From contig CAWJEN010000006.1 in NCBI GenBank assembly GCA_963841915.1, positions 1,152,001 to 1,216,000 of the forward strand: 64,000 bases of DNA. The letters are read 5' to 3'. Positions within the stretch are counted from its first letter, which is position 1; every line of letters starts with the position of its first letter. The position numbers were made by a program, and so were the translations under genes. Below the pieces are notes generated by a model. It was given only the letters and a program-made list of their open reading frames with translations. It was not told the origin of the DNA and searched no databases. Positions 61,786 through 64,000 of this stretch are shown here, piece after piece. This stretch comes from an uncultured Planctomycetota bacterium. Lineage in GTDB: Bacteria; Planctomycetota; Phycisphaerae; Tepidisphaerales; Tepidisphaeraceae.

Positions 61786-62127
61786 TCAGGCGGCGGCCTC
61801 GATCTCGGCACGAAGATGCTCGACAATCCAGTCGTTCATGCTTTTACCGGCCATGGTGGCCGAGTCTTCGATTTGGCGGTGAAGGACGCTGTCCATGCGG
61901 AGCAGAACGCGTCCGCTCTTAGGCTTTTGCGGCTGAATGCCATCTCGCTCGCACCAGGCGAGGTAGTCGTCGATGACAGCCGTGAACGACTCGCGGGCCT
62001 CGGCGACGGAGGTACCTTCAAAGTGCAGCACGTCCCGCATGCCCGGCACGGTGCCGCTCATGAGGTTGAGATCTTCCTCGAAGCCGTCGATGACGCCCAC
62101 ATATCCCTTGTGCTTGAAGTGGATCAT
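61786..62127 (-). CDS. hicB: HicB antitoxin
   Basis: KGYVG..DVLHFEG..DDYLAWC..PQKPKSGRVLLRM (RHH tail). Confidence 0.92.
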   Translation of the reverse strand: MIHFKHKGYVGVIDGFEEDLNLMSGTVPGMRDVLHFEGTSVAEARESFTAVIDDYLAWCERDGIQPQKPKSGRVLLRMDSVLHRQIEDSATMAGKSMNDWIVEHLRAEIEAAA

Positions 62128-62378
62128 GGCTCGTGTCCTGTCTCTACGAGGAACTGTCGAATGCGCTTCACCAAGGTGCGGCCGCACTCCCGCCGCGGGT
62201 GCGGACGGTGGACAACGAGTCGCACGCCGCTCAACAGAAACCGGACGGACGACCCGCTGGCTTCATCGCTCGTCGCACCGAGAGAGGTAAGCAGGGCCTC
62301 GACCGCCGTCCAGTCGATGTTGCCGCTGACGGGTGTCGCAAAGACAGCTTGAAGCATTCGACAATGCTTGCTGTTCAT
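62124..62378 (-). CDS. hicA: HicA toxin
   Basis: NIDWTAVEALL..GSSVRF..HRPHP; ATGA overlap with hicB. Confidence 0.92.
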   Translation of the reverse strand: MNSKHCRMLQAVFATPVSGNIDWTAVEALLTSLGATSDEASGSSVRFLLSGVRLVVHRPHPRRECGRTLVKRIRQFLVETGHEP

Positions 62379-62447
62379 TCGACCTTGATATCGCCCCACG
62401 ATACTAGTAATAACAACGTCCGTCCAGTCCTGCAAAAACAACTGCGC

Positions 62448-62473
62448 AAAAAACGCCCGCTTTCGCGGGCGTT
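62448..62473 (-). terminator. Terminator after tRNA-Phe
   Basis: Minus strand reads AACGCCCGC-GAAA-GCGGGCGTT followed by TTTT. Confidence 0.8.
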
Positions 62474-62482
62474 GTCAGCCAG

Positions 62483-62555
62483 TGGCCAGGGCCGGGATCG
62501 AACCGGCGACAACACGATTTTCAATCGTGCGCTCTACCAACTGAGCTACCTGGCC
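62483..62555 (-). tRNA. tRNA-Phe(GAA)
   Basis: GGCCAGGTAGCTCAGTTGGTAGAGCGCACGATTGAAAATCGTGTTGTCGCCGGTTCGATCCCGGCCCTGGCCA. Confidence 0.95.
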
Positions 62556-62622
62556 AGGTGGGCCACCACGATAGCTCACCGACCCGTCGCCGGCAAGCCG
62601 CCGTCTTGAACTGAAGCACGTC

Positions 62623-63765
62623 TCATCTCGGAACAACGCCGAACAGCACCCGGAAACGCACGAGCAACCAAATCAGCCCCAGCAACGCGACGTCCACCGC
62701 CAGCGCCGACCAGCCGCCCGCCAGCTTCGGCCAAAGTTGTCCGTCGGCGAACTGGGTCAGCTTCGTCAGCGGAACGTGAACCAAAAACACGTACAGCGAC
62801 ACCTGGCCCAGAGGGAGCAGCAACCACCCCAAGCTCCCAGAGACGACACGCCACCACCGGTCGGTGCACCAGTAGATCAGCGGGAAGAAGACGATCGCGT
62901 TGGCCACCCACGCCGCCCCCAACGTGTCGCGGTTCGTCACCCGCCACGCCAGCGACGCGCTCATCGGCACCTCGACGACGCCAGCTCGCCAGATCGCCAG
63001 CGCAATCGATGCCGCCGCCAGCAGCGTGATCGGCAGCGGCCGCGCCACACGCCGCCACACGCCGCCAAGCGACTGGCGGTGCCAGCCCAGCGTCAGCCCC
63101 ACGAAAAACGGCAACTGCCACGCCGAAATGCGAAAGCCGGTGCGGCCGTGCTCGACGAGCCAAAGTCGCGTGTCGATGCCGGGCATCAGCGTCGCGAGCC
63201 AGACGATGACGGTCAGTGCGACAACGACGGCCCACCCCACACGCATCGGCAGCAGCCACAACGCCAGCGGCGTTACCGCCAGGTATACCACGTACCGCGG
63301 CAAGACCTGGAGCAGATACGGCTGGTCGAAGCTCAACAGGCTGTACCAGTGCCAGTTGCTGAAGAACGTCACCTTGTACGTCAGCCCCAGGTGTGGCACG
63401 TCGAACCGCCTGCCGAAGTAATCCCACGCGGCAAAGGCCAGCACCAGTACGAAGTTCGCAAGCCACAATGTTCCCGCCCGCCGCCACAACGCCTTGGAGG
63501 AAGCACCAAGCCCCTGTCGAGCGACCTTCTTTCGGTAGACGACGCCCAGGACGATGCCGCTGATGAAAAAGAACCCGACCGCCGCGTCGACAAAGCCGAT
63601 CGCGTTCATGAGCGGGTGCAGCGGCGACGGCAGCGCGTGGTTCACCACGATCTTCGCCAGGCACAGCCCTCGCAGCAGATCCAGCCGCAGGTCACGACCA
63701 CGCTCGTCCAACCGCGGCAATGGCTCGGCCACTTCAGGCGCAGCGGGCTGCAGAACGTCCGTCAC
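62623..63765 (-). CDS. opgC: OpgC-family membrane protein (acyltransferase-like)
   Basis: RDLRLDLLRGL, GFVDAAVGFFFISG, VLPRY, AWQLPF, LGQVSLYVFLVH. Confidence 0.8.
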   Translation of the reverse strand: MTDVLQPAAPEVAEPLPRLDERGRDLRLDLLRGLCLAKIVVNHALPSPLHPLMNAIGFVDAAVGFFFISGIVLGVVYRKKVARQGLGASSKALWRRAGTLWLANFVLVLAFAAWDYFGRRFDVPHLGLTYKVTFFSNWHWYSLLSFDQPYLLQVLPRYVVYLAVTPLALWLLPMRVGWAVVVALTVIVWLATLMPGIDTRLWLVEHGRTGFRISAWQLPFFVGLTLGWHRQSLGGVWRRVARPLPITLLAAASIALAIWRAGVVEVPMSASLAWRVTNRDTLGAAWVANAIVFFPLIYWCTDRWWRVVSGSLGWLLLPLGQVSLYVFLVHVPLTKLTQFADGQLWPKLAGGWSALAVDVALLGLIWLLVRFRVLFGVVPR

Positions 63766-63799
63766 ACATTCTTTATCGGCCACCGGCGTCCAGAGCTTC

Positions 63800-64000
63800 T
63801 CAAATGCCCCTTGCCTCATGACGCTCGGCCAACAGTCGCGCCACTTCCTGGCAGTCCTTGTCCCCGCGGCCGCTGTTGCAAACGAGCACGTCGTGGCCCT
63901 CGCCCAGCTCCCTGGCCAATCGCACAGCGCCGGCGAAAGCATGGGCCGTCTCGAGGGCGCACAGGATGCCTTCGGTACGGGCCAGCAGTTGGAATGCGTC
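63800..64000 (-). CDS. trpB: Tryptophan synthase beta subunit, 3' end only
   Basis: Hand translation DAFQLLARTEGILCALETAHA...VCNSGRGDKD. Confidence 0.92.
   Translation of the reverse strand, partial: DAFQLLARTEGILCALETAHAFAGAVRLARELGEGHDVLVCNSGRGDKDCQEVARLLAERHEARGI

Noticed and set aside
63773..63800. Sigma-28 -10 box GCCGATAA before opgC (another lies near 52387)
   Set aside because: Neither has a convincing -35 TAAA at the right spacing.

Overview
High-GC bacterial DNA, very probably from a planctomycete (Phycisphaerae-like). The evidence is an E-x-L-E-x-R-x-L-L export motif, a PEP-CTERM protein and a CxxC-YDLRG membrane protein. Many genes carry single-base frameshifts that look like uncorrected long-read errors. 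In order, the window holds: the gatA 3' end, an ArnT-like glycosyltransferase, an Fe/polyamine-type ABC ATPase, an aquaporin, a Tad/Flp pilus locus, three hydrolases, a sugar ABC transporter, a tandem pair of dynamin-like GTPases, crtI, a GDSL-PEP-CTERM esterase, an Fe-type ABC permease, and CHAD and GATase-like genes. Next comes a phage-like module with no capsid genes: operator-controlled promoter, HTH protein, ABC ATPase, GNAT, and small and large terminase, ending at tRNA-Ser(TGA). A polymorphic-toxin island follows, with a giant Rhs protein tipped by a PD-(D/E)XK nuclease, an immunity gene and a repeat-delimited orphan cassette. The last part holds an orphan flagellin with a sigma-28 promoter, sucC, a cysC-cysD-(vapBC)-cysNC operon, uppS, hicAB, tRNA-Phe, opgC and the trpB 3' end. 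The three most notable observations are: (1) a palindromic REP-like element found once intergenically and twice in-frame inside crtI; (2) the stand-alone terminase plus ATPase/GNAT module; (3) short palindromic repeats that bound the toxin/immunity cassettes.
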